64,000 nt of DNA from Candidatus Dojkabacteria bacterium (GTDB lineage Bacteria; Patescibacteriota; Dojkabacteria; SC72), in assembly GCA_028694805.1 (NCBI GenBank), contig JAQVKD010000001.1:25549-89548 (forward strand), written 5' to 3'. Numbering within the stretch: position 1 is the stretch's first letter; each line of letters opens with the position of its first letter. Made by a program: the position numbers and the translations under genes. The notes below the pieces were generated by a model, which was not told where the DNA came from, made no database searches, and worked only from the letters and a program-made list of their open reading frames with translations. This document shows, one piece after another, positions 7,986 to 18,653 of this stretch.

Positions 7986-10900
7986 TCCATTGCGTTGGAT
8001 TGGTTACATATACAAAGAATGATTCGCCGACAGGAATAATTTCTGAACCTGTTGATACAAATGTTCTTGTTGTTTTATTGTAATGACTTGCTTGAGTTGC
8101 ACTTGCTCCTATATTTGATAATTCTTGAGATAATGTCATTGACTGATTTAAATTTCCTACTAGATTCCAGCCAGTGTTTAAAGTAATCGTTGGATTTGTT
8201 TCTATTACAAAATTAACTATAGTTGGGGCACTGAAATAATAATAATATCCTTGTTTTTGAGTCACGTTTACATTTTGATTCGGAGTAAATCCTGTTACAT
8301 GTGTTTCATATTTTTGCGTTGTACTGTTATATGTTCCTTGATTCAAATCTGTACTGAACATATTATCCAGTTGGAGAAGAGTTTTACTTGTATAATTCAT
8401 AGCTAAGAAACACCACCCTTTTGGACATGAAACTGTTGCTTCTAGATTTTGCTGGGTAATAACAGTATATCTAGAAGAATCAAATCCAGTGCTATTATAC
8501 GATATATATCCTGTAGTATTTGATAATGTATTAAAATCTTGAAATAATGTTCCATTATCCCAATAAACTTTCACACTATAATTTGAATTTATTTGCCTAT
8601 CACCTATTGTATATTGAACAGTGTTTGATGTATTTGTTGATGATTCATTAAATTGGACTTTATAATCACCTGTAGTATTCCATACTGTAATATTTACTGT
8701 AATATTATCTGATGATGGTGTAACAGTCATATTTATTGTATGATATCCGTTTGGTTCTAATGTATCATTATAAAGTTGAAGATATGTTGTTCCGTTAGAA
8801 AACACAGTTTGATTTTTGTTTAAACTAAATGTCGTTCCATTCCCATAAAAATAAAAGTCATAAGGAATATCTGTCATGTTTATTACACTACCATTTTTGT
8901 AAACCTTATAACTCCAAGGACGTATAGAAAAGTTGTTTCTCTCTAATATATAATCATAAAAATGAATCCACGCAGTACCATTAGCAGAATTTCCGTCCTG
9001 ATAAAAAGCATATGGTTCTTGATTTATGTTAGATATTATTCTATGAGGTGGGGTATAATACGAATAAGTTTTATTAACTGGTGTAACAACAGAAGTCACA
9101 TTAGTAAAGTTATTAGAAAAATAATATCTATTAATTCCTGTTAATCTTGGAAAATTATATGAAATTAGCCAATAATTAGTTAAATCTTGAGAAAAATTAT
9201 TCTCATTGTCTGTCCTTACTAAAACACTAACGTTCGGACCAAACAAATTGCTACTTATCGAAACATTATGTGACTCAAGAGATGAAATGATTGAGTAATT
9301 ATCATACTCTCCAACATAACCGTATCCTTTGGCTAATTTAGTAATTGATATACCTGATGGAGGAGATGTCCAATCATTGGTTATAGTAGAACTGTTTTTT
9401 ATTGTAACATTCATCAAATCAATGTAGTTTTCTGCTATTGTAATATTAGTTGCGTTAGTTATACGAAACCCAGATGTTCCTATATCTGTTAAATTGTTAT
9501 TCGAAATTGTTATATTATCTGAATTTAATATTGCTATCCCATAATCATACCCATCAGTATTATACGTAGTGTTAGAAATATTATTTTTAGTGATTGTGAT
9601 ATTTTTACTATACGTAGACATAATACCTACGTCAGTACCACTTATATTATTTTCAGTGATCAATATATTGTTGCCAGCAGTATTAAACGATACACCATAA
9701 AATTGGGAATTTAATATAGTGTTATTCCTTACAGTAATATTACTACTTGGGTTATCAGTTTCAACCTCTATTCCAAAGCAGTTTCCATAAAAGGTGTTAT
9801 TTTCAATAAGAGCACTTTTTGGTGAAGCATAACCTAAAATGAATATACCAGCATAATCAGAATAATTAATTATACTATTTTTTATGTTAAGATAAGGTAT
9901 AGTATACCGAATACCTGGTCTACTAGTACACGCATCTGCATAAGTACCAAAACTAGTGTATGGCATACCAGTAGAACTATTCCAAGAAGTTAATGTTGAA
10001 TTTGTGATATTAATAAATCCATATGTTATAAGACCGCTACCAAAAAGTATGTTATCATCATATTTAAGCGTTGTATTTGATATTTCAAGATGAGTATTAT
10101 TATAAATAGTAGGACTATTCTTTAATAAAATGCTATTATTATTTAATGTTAGTGTACCATTATATAAAACGAAATAATCATTAAGAGTAAAGTTTAAATC
10201 AGAACATGTTTTATCTGCTGTAACATTCCATACATCATAAACTGAACCACTTGGACAATAACTTGAACTTGTATTAACTGTAAAGTTTACCATACTTGAG
10301 TTAGTCATATCAGTTAGAGATTTTCCCCATACAGTAACATTATGAGCACCCTGTGATAAACCTGTTAATAAAGAACTATTACTTACACAATTACTACATA
10401 AAGTCGCATTTGGTGCACCGTCAAGAGAGTAGTTCATACCATTAGAACTTTGCTTATTAGTAATAGATACGTTCAAATATACAGAAGTGTTAAGATAGGT
10501 TCCGTTTTGTGGTGAAGAAATACTTATAATTGGTGGAAGAATAACAACCGTAAATGTATATTCTCCAGTTGAATTAACAAATCCAGTTTGATTTTGTACA
10601 TAAGCAGTTGCAGTATAATTAGTATCATCTGATAATCCTGTAAAATTGTTGGATATTGAATAATTTCCTGCATCAAAAGAAGCATTTATTTCAGTACTAT
10701 TTAGTTCTCTATTATACAGTCTAACTTCATCCATTTTACCTGAAAACCTATAAAACGTAGATAACCAAGCCCCGATATATTTTACACGATTAGTAGATGG
10801 AAACACCATATTATCTGTTGTTTGAGATGAAAATTCATCTCCATTTCTATACACAGTTACAGATTTATTTGTATAATTAGCCACAACAACCGTATGTATC

Positions 10901-11550
10901 CATGTATTGTCCAATCCTTGAAAATAATCAGAAAACGTCATTGCTTTTGTAGAGGTTCCATTCGCATACTGAAGTACAAGATCATTAGTATTAGCTGCTC
11001 TGTATATCCAATAATATCCTACTGTAGCACTTGCTGGACCATCTGATATAAACGTTTTAATTGTTGATGATAAAGATGAATTTGTCCAGGATTCATATGT
11101 TATAGCTCCATTCGTATTTGTAAAAGCAAAACTTGGTAAGGATACATTATCATCTACTCCATCAAATGCAAGTGCATTACCATATTTCCCTGAACTATTC
11201 CAGCCACTTGGACCATTATCAAGTCCAGCATTAAAATTCCTCAAAGTTCCATTTCTATTACTCCCAGAAAAATCTTGTGCTACTGTTCCTGAAACTTCGT
11301 TTAGCCTCCACCAACCAATAAGAGAATTGTTCCAATTAAGAAGAGCAGTTCCATTAGGCGCATTAGAAACAGAAGTATTTATAAATATGTATCCGGTTGA
11401 ATTTATACTATTATTATCTGGTGTTGGAGGTGTAAAAGAGGTAGTAGGATCAGTAGCTCTAACAACTTGTGTCACACCAACAGTTATTACTAATATGGTC
11501 ATTAAAACTAATCTTTTAATAGATCTCATATAATTCATCTTTGTTCTCAA
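7978..11550 (-). CDS. Large secreted surface protein: LamG/concanavalin-like + Ig + parallel beta-helix (NosD-like)
   Basis: Signal peptide; LIGWWRLNE..GKYGNALAFDGVDD..MDEVRLYNREL LamG signature; NN beta-helix repeats; LNTGWNLVG repeats; many NxS/T sites. Confidence 0.85.
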   Translation of the reverse strand: MRTKMNYMRSIKRLVLMTILVITVGVTQVVRATDPTTSFTPPTPDNNSINSTGYIFINTSVSNAPNGTALLNWNNSLIGWWRLNEVSGTVAQDFSGSNRNGTLRNFNAGLDNGPSGWNSSGKYGNALAFDGVDDNVSLPSFAFTNTNGAITYESWTNSSLSSTIKTFISDGPASATVGYYWIYRAANTNDLVLQYANGTSTKAMTFSDYFQGLDNTWIHTVVVANYTNKSVTVYRNGDEFSSQTTDNMVFPSTNRVKYIGAWLSTFYRFSGKMDEVRLYNRELNSTEINASFDAGNYSISNNFTGLSDDTNYTATAYVQNQTGFVNSTGEYTFTVVILPPIISISSPQNGTYLNTSVYLNVSITNKQSSNGMNYSLDGAPNATLCSNCVSNSSLLTGLSQGAHNVTVWGKSLTDMTNSSMVNFTVNTSSSYCPSGSVYDVWNVTADKTCSDLNFTLNDYFVLYNGTLTLNNNSILLKNSPTIYNNTHLEISNTTLKYDDNILFGSGLITYGFINITNSTLTSWNSSTGMPYTSFGTYADACTSRPGIRYTIPYLNIKNSIINYSDYAGIFILGYASPKSALIENNTFYGNCFGIEVETDNPSSNITVRNNTILNSQFYGVSFNTAGNNILITENNISGTDVGIMSTYSKNITITKNNISNTTYNTDGYDYGIAILNSDNITISNNNLTDIGTSGFRITNATNITIAENYIDLMNVTIKNSSTITNDWTSPPSGISITKLAKGYGYVGEYDNYSIISSLESHNVSISSNLFGPNVSVLVRTDNENNFSQDLTNYWLISYNFPRLTGINRYYFSNNFTNVTSVVTPVNKTYSYYTPPHRIISNINQEPYAFYQDGNSANGTAWIHFYDYILERNNFSIRPWSYKVYKNGSVINMTDIPYDFYFYGNGTTFSLNKNQTVFSNGTTYLQLYNDTLEPNGYHTINMTVTPSSDNITVNITVWNTTGDYKVQFNESSTNTSNTVQYTIGDRQINSNYSVKVYWDNGTLFQDFNTLSNTTGYISYNSTGFDSSRYTVITQQNLEATVSCPKGWCFLAMNYTSKTLLQLDNMFSTDLNQGTYNSTTQKYETHVTGFTPNQNVNVTQKQGYYYYFSAPTIVNFVIETNPTITLNTGWNLVGNLNQSMTLSQELSNIGASATQASHYNKTTRTFVSTGSEIIPVGESFFVYVTNPTQWSG

Positions 11551-11571
11551 TATTCTAATTTATTAATTTCA

Positions 11572-13662
11572 TCACAAAGGAACATGTCTTGTAAATGTCT
11601 TTATTATCGGTACTACTGTAATTATACTCGATGAAAAATCTACTGCATTTCCATTACCAGTAGGTAATGTTGCAGGATTAGCGTACTTAGCTCCGAATCC
11701 TACTCCTGTTGTCCAGGGATAGACTGATATAAACGGAGAAGCTACATGACCTACAGCTATATCTCTATTAGATAGAGAAAATGATATACCAAGTCCAGTA
11801 CTCGCAGGTAGTGTAGCAGGATCAGCATACTTAACACCAAATCCTACGCCATTGGTCCACGGATATACTGTTACAAACGGTGAATTGACATGACCTACAG
11901 CTATATCATTACCTGAATGTGAAAATATTGTCTCTACACTAATACCTGTAGGTAATGTTGCAGGATCAGCATACTTAACACCAAAACCAACTCCCGTGGT
12001 CCAGGGATATACTTGAATAAAGGGCGAGTTGTTACTAGCTACTGCTATGTCATTACCAGATGGTGAGAAATCTACTTCAAATCCTGTACTTGCAGGTAAT
12101 GTGGCTGGATTAGCATACTTTGCTCCAAATCCTACACCATTAGTCCAAGGATATGCACTTATAAATGGACTTGTTGTATGTGCTACAGCTATGTCATTAC
12201 CAGAAGGTAAAAAAGACACACCATTTCCTTGTCCTGTAGGTAATGTAGCAGGATTAGCATACTTAACTCCAAATCCTACACCATTAGTCCAGGGATAAAC
12301 TGATATAAATGGAGAACCCGCATGAGTTACAGCTATATCACTTCCTGATGGAGAAAATGTTACTCCGTTACCAGTACTTGCTGGTAATGTAGCAGGATTA
12401 GCATACTTAACGCCAAATCCAACTCCTGTTGTCCAGGGATAGGCTGTAACGAAAGGAGAACCTACATGACATATAGCTATATCACCGCCTGATGGAGAAA
12501 ACGATATGCCATTTCCTATTCCTGCAGGTAACGTAGTCGGATTGGCATACTTAGCTCCGAATCCAACTCCTGTAGTCCAGGGGTATGCTGTTATAAATGG
12601 CGAGTTATTATGTGCTACAGCTATATCTGTCAGCACAACTACCTTATTTAAATCTGATGACATATCTACACCAAGTCCATTACCTGCTGGTAATGTACTT
12701 GGATTAGAATATTTAGCACCAAATCCTACTCCTGATGTCCAAGGATATACATTGACAGCAGGAGGACTATTATATGATACAGCTATATCAGTTCCTGTAT
12801 GTGTGAATGATACTCCAGTTCCAGAAGCAGTGGGTAATGTAGCAGGATTAGCATACTTTGCTCCAAATCCTACACCTGATGTCCAGGGATAAACTGATAT
12901 AAATGGAGAACTGTTATGTGTTATAGCAATATCATTTCCTGATGGCGGAAATGAAATTCTGTGTCCATTTCCAGGAGGTAATGTAGCAGGATCAGCGTAT
13001 TTTGCTCCAAATCCTACACCTGATGTCCAGGGATAAACTGATATAAATGGTGATATTCCATGTCCAACAGCAATGTCATTTCCTGATGGAGAGAATGTTA
13101 CTCCGAAACCAGCTCCTGCAGGTAAAGTAGCAGGATCAGCATATTTTGTTCCGAAACCAACTCCTGACGTCCAGGGGTATGCTGTTACGAAAGGAGAATT
13201 TAAGTGTGATAATGCAATATCTGTTCCAGACGGGTTAAAATCTATTCCAAATCCAGTACCTGTAGGTAGTATACCAGGATTAGGATACTTTGCTCCAAAA
13301 CCTGCTCCAGATTTCCACGGATAAACTGAGATAAATGGTGAGTTAGCATGTCCTAATGCTATATCATTTCCAGACGGTGAAAATTTTACATCGAATCCAT
13401 CACCTGCAGGTAATGTTACAGGATTAGAATACTTAACTCCAAATCCTACTCCTGTATTCCAAGGATATACACTGATAAATGGAGAAGTTACATGAGATAC
13501 AGCAATGTCTGCTCCTGATGTTGAAAACATGACACTTTCACCAATACCAGTAGGTAGTGTAGCAGGATTGGTATACTTAGGTCCAAATCCTGTTCCTATT
13601 CCCCATGAATAAGCTGTGACAAACGGTGATGTGTCGTGTACTACAGCAATATCTACTGTCAT
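11572..13662 (-). CDS. Double 7-bladed beta-propeller (14 x ~49-aa repeats), probable receptor-binding protein
   Basis: Repeats DIAVxHxxSPFISVYPWTxGVGFGxKYANPATLPxGxGxGVxFSPSG, seven each side of a short linker. Confidence 0.85.
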   Translation of the reverse strand: MTVDIAVVHDTSPFVTAYSWGIGTGFGPKYTNPATLPTGIGESVMFSTSGADIAVSHVTSPFISVYPWNTGVGFGVKYSNPVTLPAGDGFDVKFSPSGNDIALGHANSPFISVYPWKSGAGFGAKYPNPGILPTGTGFGIDFNPSGTDIALSHLNSPFVTAYPWTSGVGFGTKYADPATLPAGAGFGVTFSPSGNDIAVGHGISPFISVYPWTSGVGFGAKYADPATLPPGNGHRISFPPSGNDIAITHNSSPFISVYPWTSGVGFGAKYANPATLPTASGTGVSFTHTGTDIAVSYNSPPAVNVYPWTSGVGFGAKYSNPSTLPAGNGLGVDMSSDLNKVVVLTDIAVAHNNSPFITAYPWTTGVGFGAKYANPTTLPAGIGNGISFSPSGGDIAICHVGSPFVTAYPWTTGVGFGVKYANPATLPASTGNGVTFSPSGSDIAVTHAGSPFISVYPWTNGVGFGVKYANPATLPTGQGNGVSFLPSGNDIAVAHTTSPFISAYPWTNGVGFGAKYANPATLPASTGFEVDFSPSGNDIAVASNNSPFIQVYPWTTGVGFGVKYADPATLPTGISVETIFSHSGNDIAVGHVNSPFVTVYPWTNGVGFGVKYADPATLPASTGLGISFSLSNRDIAVGHVASPFISVYPWTTGVGFGAKYANPATLPTGNGNAVDFSSSIITVVPIIKTFTRHVPL

Positions 13663-13664
13663 AA

Positions 13665-13982
13665 TTAACTTTTTCTGGTTAACTCTTTATTTTTTTCGTT
13701 CATTCTTACAATAGCAGATTCTATTCTTTCCTGAGATGGTAACTGACTTTTCGTGTTTTCTATTATTCTTTCAACTTCGGTAATTCTACTTTCCAATTCT
13801 TTCATTAGATTCTGTATATTTTCCTTAAATGTTCCCTCAGGAAGTTTATTATCACTAAGCAACTTTTCGTATCTTTCTTTATTTATTGAATGACAATAAT
13901 GATCAATTTCTTGTTGATGAAGAAAACTTACTATAACATCATCTTTCTCGTCTTGTGTTAATGTTTTATATTGTATTGACAT
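13665..13982 (-). CDS. Helical hypothetical protein, possible fibre/propeller chaperone
   Basis: Charged coiled-coil character; directly upstream of the propeller gene. Confidence 0.6.
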   Translation of the reverse strand: MSIQYKTLTQDEKDDVIVSFLHQQEIDHYCHSINKERYEKLLSDNKLPEGTFKENIQNLMKELESRITEVERIIENTKSQLPSQERIESAIVRMNEKNKELTRKS

Positions 13983-13987
13983 TTTAT

Positions 13988-14818
13988 TTACTCCGTATAG
14001 TATAATACAAATCCAGATACTTGAATATTTCCATTGAGATTGATTATAAATGCTTGATTTGCATTCATTTGTAACGGATTAAAATCTCCATTAAATCCCA
14101 TTCCAGAATTACCTGCAAACGACATTACACCAGTAAGATTGTTTGCTCCTGATTTTAATATAACACCGACAGCTGATGCTGCAATAAAGAATAAATTTAC
14201 TATTCTAATTCTCTGTCCAGAAGTAGCAGGTGCTGCTATTATTGTATTATCTCCAGATGTGTTTATATTAATAACAGCTCTAGTTGGATTTCCCCTTGCA
14301 GCAAATACACTACCCGCAAACATTGTTCCTGATGATGTTCCTGATGATGTAAGAGAGTTACCTGTACAGCATATAGGATACTCCGATACTCTATACGGAA
14401 GTGATGCTGTCGGACTTCTTAGTCTTAGTTCATATACATTATAATAAATTTTATTTTCTCCTGGATATACTGGTCTTTCTCTTGACCATTGCATTTCTCC
14501 ACCATGAGAAACAATTACAAATAATGTATCTGTACCGTCGTTTGATACTATTACCTGCTCAGCATTTCTCTCTACAGAAACAAATATCCGTTCTCTGTTA
14601 TATGTATTAACATCTGGATCATTAGGATTGGTAGCTTGAGCTAATGTTATTGTACTGTTATTATCATAGTAGTTCTTAAATTTCCTTGTCTCTATATTTC
14701 CTTCAGGAATAGCCTTTTCACTTCTTGATCTTTTTTGTTGACTGTTCTGAGCTTGTTTGAAGAATTCTTCTCTTTCTTTAATGAAAAGCTCATCTGCTTC
14801 TTTCATTCTATCGACCAT
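13988..14818 (-). CDS. Putative vertex/penton-type jelly-roll protein, paralogue of 18650-19867
   Basis: Shared domain VxNDGxxxLxVxxSHxG..E....GE.K.xYNxYELRxR; second beta-rich C-terminal domain. Confidence 0.55.
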   Translation of the reverse strand: MVDRMKEADELFIKEREEFFKQAQNSQQKRSRSEKAIPEGNIETRKFKNYYDNNSTITLAQATNPNDPDVNTYNRERIFVSVERNAEQVIVSNDGTDTLFVIVSHGGEMQWSRERPVYPGENKIYYNVYELRLRSPTASLPYRVSEYPICCTGNSLTSSGTSSGTMFAGSVFAARGNPTRAVININTSGDNTIIAAPATSGQRIRIVNLFFIAASAVGVILKSGANNLTGVMSFAGNSGMGFNGDFNPLQMNANQAFIINLNGNIQVSGFVLYYTE

Positions 14819-14864
14819 AAGTTATTCCCTCTTTAAATTATTGAATTAATTCATTAATATTTGA

Positions 14865-15026
14865 TTAATTTTTAAGTTGTTCTAATTTCTGAAGTTCTTG
14901 AACTTTTTGACTTTTAAGATTCTGTAATTGATTAATTTGATTATTTAGAATTTCTTGTTGTCTTATTATATCAAATATCTCACATTTTAATTGAATTATT
15001 TTCTCTTTGATTGTAATTTCTTCCAT
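14865..15026 (-). CDS. Small coiled-coil protein (53 aa, not in ORF track), possible fibre chaperone
   Basis: MEEITIKEKIIQLKCEIFDIIRQQEILNNQINQLQNLKSQKVQELQKLEQLKN; AGGAG SD; directly after the fibre gene. Confidence 0.65.
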   Translation of the reverse strand: MEEITIKEKIIQLKCEIFDIIRQQEILNNQINQLQNLKSQKVQELQKLEQLKN

Positions 15027-15042
15027 CTTTATCTCCTAATTA

Positions 15043-18000
15043 TTAAATTGCATTTAATCTGTTTCCTATCCAATCAGTTCCATTACTGATTATTTCCAGT
15101 GTTTGCCACTGTTGTGCTGTTGTTATGGTTTGAGTATTTGCAGCGTTTATGTTCTCTCCTGCTTGTGCTGCCACTGTTACTGTTCCGGCTCCAGTATCAA
15201 CTCTTTGAATTCTATAGATTCTTCCAGTTATTCCCACTGCAGTGGGTAGTGTAATTGTAATTCCTCCAGCACCTGCTGTTGCTGCTATGTGAAAATGTGT
15301 GATATCTAGGGTTAATCCAACAGCATCTGCTGTAACAGGAAGTGCTATTGAACCATTTATATCTAATCTTGACGTTGGTGTAACTGCTTTATTAATTGTA
15401 ACACCAGGTGTATTAAAATCTCCACCTATTAATGGTGTGGTTGTATTTGAGTTCGCTATATACAGCTTATTTGAATCGGTAGTGCTTTGTGATCCTGCTG
15501 CATAGCCTAAGAATACGTTCGCAGTTCCTGTTGTAGCCGCAAGACCTGCCTGACTTCCTATAAATGTATTTTGTGTTCCAGTACTTACTAATCCTGCTTC
15601 ATAACCAAAGAATGCACTATCTGCACTTGTAGTCATTGCACCACCTGCTTGATAACCTACAAATGTATTATTTGCTCCTGTTGTATTGGCATCTCCAGAT
15701 AATGAACCTATGAAAGTATTGAAATTTGCTGTGCTTAATAATCCAGCATCTTTTCCTATGAATGTGCAATCTGTATTAGTTACATTGGCTCCACCAGAAT
15801 TATAACCTACAAATGTATTCCTAGTTCCCGTCGTGTTTGCATCACCAGATGATGATCCTATGAACGTATTTTGAGCGGCTGTATTTGCTGAACCAGCTTG
15901 TGATCCAACAAAGGTGTTGTTACTACTTGTACCAGTATTTTGTCCTGCTTGATGTCCTATGAAAGTATTATCACTTCCAGTGTCACTAAAAAATCCTGTA
16001 TTGTAACCAACGAAAGCAAGACGAGTTCCAGATGTATTGTTGAATCCTGACTGGCTTCCTACAAAAGTATTCTGATTTCCTGAATTTCCAAATCCAGAGA
16101 ATAGACCTACAAAAGTGTTATCTGCTCCTGTAAATCCAGTTGATGAACCTACGTATGTATTTTGTGATTCAGTTGTATTTGAAACACCTGAAAAATCACC
16201 TATAAATACATTTCCAGTTCCTGATGTATTTGCAGCACCTGCTTGACTCCCTACAAATGTATTACTCCTTCCAGTATCAACAGCTCCTGCTTGATAACCT
16301 ATGAACGTATTGTCACTATTCGTTGTGACTGCACTTCCAGCTTGATATCCTACAAACACATGTCTTGCACCTGTTGTATTTGCATCACCTGCCTGACTTC
16401 CTATAAAAGTATTTGAAGCAGCTGTATCAACTAATCCTGCTTGATAACCAACAAAAGTACAATCTGAGTTAGTTGTTATAGCACTCCCTGATTGATAGCC
16501 TACAAATGTATGTCTTGTTCCTGATGTGTTTGCATCACCAGATAATGATCCTATAAATGTATTTTGAGCTGAAGTGCTTAATAATCCTGCATTATAACCT
16601 ACAAATGTACTGTTACTATTTGTTGTATTTGTAAATCCTGAAGAAACGCCTACGAATGTATTTTGAGTCCCTAATGTATTATTAAATCCTGATGCTTGAC
16701 CTACAAATGTGTTACTCGCTCCTGTTGATGTGTTCTGACCAGACTGGCTACCTAAGAATGTGTTATTTGATACCGTATTAAAAAATCCAGTAAATGTTCC
16801 TATAAATGTACATCCACTACCAGTAGAATTAGTAAATCCTGAGAGTTCTCCTACAAATGTATTTGATGATCCAGATGTATTAGTAGAACCTGCTCTATCG
16901 CCTAAGAAGGTGTTGTTACTAGCTATGTTATTAAGTCCTGATTGATAACCCAGGAAAGTATTGTTATTTGTTGTTGAATTTGCTCTACCTGATTGATAAC
17001 CTATGAATACATTATTTACTCCTGATGTATTCAGTTCTCCAGATTCATTTCCTATGAAAATGCTCTGACTTGATGTATTGAGTCTTCCTGATTCCCATCC
17101 AATAATAACATTAGATGCTCCACTATTCCCAGCAAGAGCACCTAAAATAGTGTTTTGACTGTGTGTAGTAATTCCTATTCCCGTAGTAAATCCTACAAGA
17201 GTATTTTCTCCGCCACTTGTGATATTTGAACCTGATTCAGCTCCTACTATAGTATTAAATCCATTTGGACCACTTAGAATTCCTGCATCCCATCCTACTA
17301 TTGTATCAAATTCAGAAGTTATTCCTATAAGTCTATTTGCTTCATCTAATTTAAATGCAATATCACTTCTCCATATATGACCATCTGATGTTCCAAATAA
17401 TACCACTCCGTTTGATGCATTTACCATTGATCTTATAGATGAAGGTGCTATAGCACCAAGGTCAGCCCATGTTACACTAAAATCTGTTGTTCTAATAATA
17501 TGTCCGTCACTTATTCCTAGTGTAGCTATTCCGTTTCCAAGATAAGCACTGGCTGTACAGAAATTACCTGCACCATAAACATTGCCTAAGTCTGTCCATG
17601 TACTTCCATTATCAGTGCTTCTAAATATATGTCCGTTTGCATCACAGGCTATTGTTGCTTGGTTTCTCATGTAAAGAATTGAATCAATAGATGCTCCTGA
17701 TATAGGATTTCCAGCAACTCCTGAGAATGTAGCTCCATCATCCGTACTTCTAAATATATTTCCTCCACTATCTCCAATTAGAACTACACCATTATCTAAG
17801 TATGCTGAAGAACTTAATATATTGGCTGAAAGAGGACTCCCTGCTATTTCAACCCACGTAACACCATAATCAGTACTTCTTGCAACTCTTCCAGCGCCAT
17901 CTCCTATTATAGATATTCCATTTCCAATGTAAACAGACGTGAATATATCAGTAAATCCTGCTAGAGGTGTTCCAACTACTGAAGTCCACGAAAAACCAAA

Positions 18001-18348
18001 GTCTAGACTTCTATATACTGTTCCCCCTACAGTTCCTATTATAGCAATTCCGCTTCCTAAATAGCTCATTGCTAATCCGCTATTTCCTATAGCGCTTGTA
18101 CTATTATACCAATTATTAAGACCGTAATCCGAGCTTCTGGTTATAGATGTTGATAAACCACATGCAACAACGATTCCTGCTCCACAATAAATTAATTTTC
18201 TATTAGCATAACCATTGATAAATGTATCAGTCCATACTACTCCAACATCGAATGGGAATTGATACGCTGGTCTATCTATACCAGCACTGCTAAAACTTGG
18301 AGGTGCTCCCCCACCTCCTGGTCTTTTATTTGGTACTATTTCTACCAT
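15043..18348 (-). CDS. Spike/fibre protein: BNR (Asp-box) propeller + long NTFxG beta-solenoid + C-terminal tip domain
   Basis: RSxDxGxxW Asp-box repeats, dozens of NTF(V/I)GxxAG repeats, C-terminal TITLPTAVGITGRIYRIQR tail-fibre-type domain. Confidence 0.85.
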   Translation of the reverse strand: MVEIVPNKRPGGGGAPPSFSSAGIDRPAYQFPFDVGVVWTDTFINGYANRKLIYCGAGIVVACGLSTSITRSSDYGLNNWYNSTSAIGNSGLAMSYLGSGIAIIGTVGGTVYRSLDFGFSWTSVVGTPLAGFTDIFTSVYIGNGISIIGDGAGRVARSTDYGVTWVEIAGSPLSANILSSSAYLDNGVVLIGDSGGNIFRSTDDGATFSGVAGNPISGASIDSILYMRNQATIACDANGHIFRSTDNGSTWTDLGNVYGAGNFCTASAYLGNGIATLGISDGHIIRTTDFSVTWADLGAIAPSSIRSMVNASNGVVLFGTSDGHIWRSDIAFKLDEANRLIGITSEFDTIVGWDAGILSGPNGFNTIVGAESGSNITSGGENTLVGFTTGIGITTHSQNTILGALAGNSGASNVIIGWESGRLNTSSQSIFIGNESGELNTSGVNNVFIGYQSGRANSTTNNNTFLGYQSGLNNIASNNTFLGDRAGSTNTSGSSNTFVGELSGFTNSTGSGCTFIGTFTGFFNTVSNNTFLGSQSGQNTSTGASNTFVGQASGFNNTLGTQNTFVGVSSGFTNTTNSNSTFVGYNAGLLSTSAQNTFIGSLSGDANTSGTRHTFVGYQSGSAITTNSDCTFVGYQAGLVDTAASNTFIGSQAGDANTTGARHVFVGYQAGSAVTTNSDNTFIGYQAGAVDTGRSNTFVGSQAGAANTSGTGNVFIGDFSGVSNTTESQNTYVGSSTGFTGADNTFVGLFSGFGNSGNQNTFVGSQSGFNNTSGTRLAFVGYNTGFFSDTGSDNTFIGHQAGQNTGTSSNNTFVGSQAGSANTAAQNTFIGSSSGDANTTGTRNTFVGYNSGGANVTNTDCTFIGKDAGLLSTANFNTFIGSLSGDANTTGANNTFVGYQAGGAMTTSADSAFFGYEAGLVSTGTQNTFIGSQAGLAATTGTANVFLGYAAGSQSTTDSNKLYIANSNTTTPLIGGDFNTPGVTINKAVTPTSRLDINGSIALPVTADAVGLTLDITHFHIAATAGAGGITITLPTAVGITGRIYRIQRVDTGAGTVTVAAQAGENINAANTQTITTAQQWQTLEIISNGTDWIGNRLNAI

Positions 18349-18374
18349 TCTTTAATCCTCTATAATTAATAAAA

Positions 18375-18653
18375 TTAATTTGTATCATGAGCACTATTAT
18401 CTTTTTTTATCGATTCTTCAGAAATTTCCTTTTGTTTTGGCTGTCTTGGATTAGGTGGCTTATTCGAATCAGAAAGTTGCTTGAAATATACATGTGATAA
18501 TATTGCTCCTTGAATACTCTCAATCTCAACATGGTCTATTTTATCCTTGAGTTCTTCACTGTAGTTTTTAAATAGATACGATAACTTATGATCTTCCATT
18601 CTAACTCTATCAATTTTAACTCTTTCTTTTTTAGATGGCTTTTCTCTTCTCAT
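18375..18653 (-). CDS. Hypothetical protein
   Basis: ORF overlapping the stop of 18650-19867 (ATGA coupling). Confidence 0.55.
   Translation of the reverse strand: MRREKPSKKERVKIDRVRMEDHKLSYLFKNYSEELKDKIDHVEIESIQGAILSHVYFKQLSDSNKPPNPRQPKQKEISEESIKKDNSAHDTN

Noticed and set aside
11572-13662. Near-identical ~147-bp repeats as a DGR template/variable pair or CRISPR
   Set aside because: They are coding propeller blades; no reverse transcriptase in the window and no evident adenine-specific variation
15043-18348. Evidence for a tailed (Caudoviricetes) phage from the fibre-like gene
   Set aside because: No terminase, portal, HK97 capsid, tape measure or baseplate genes in the 40-kb structural block; such fibre domains move between virus types
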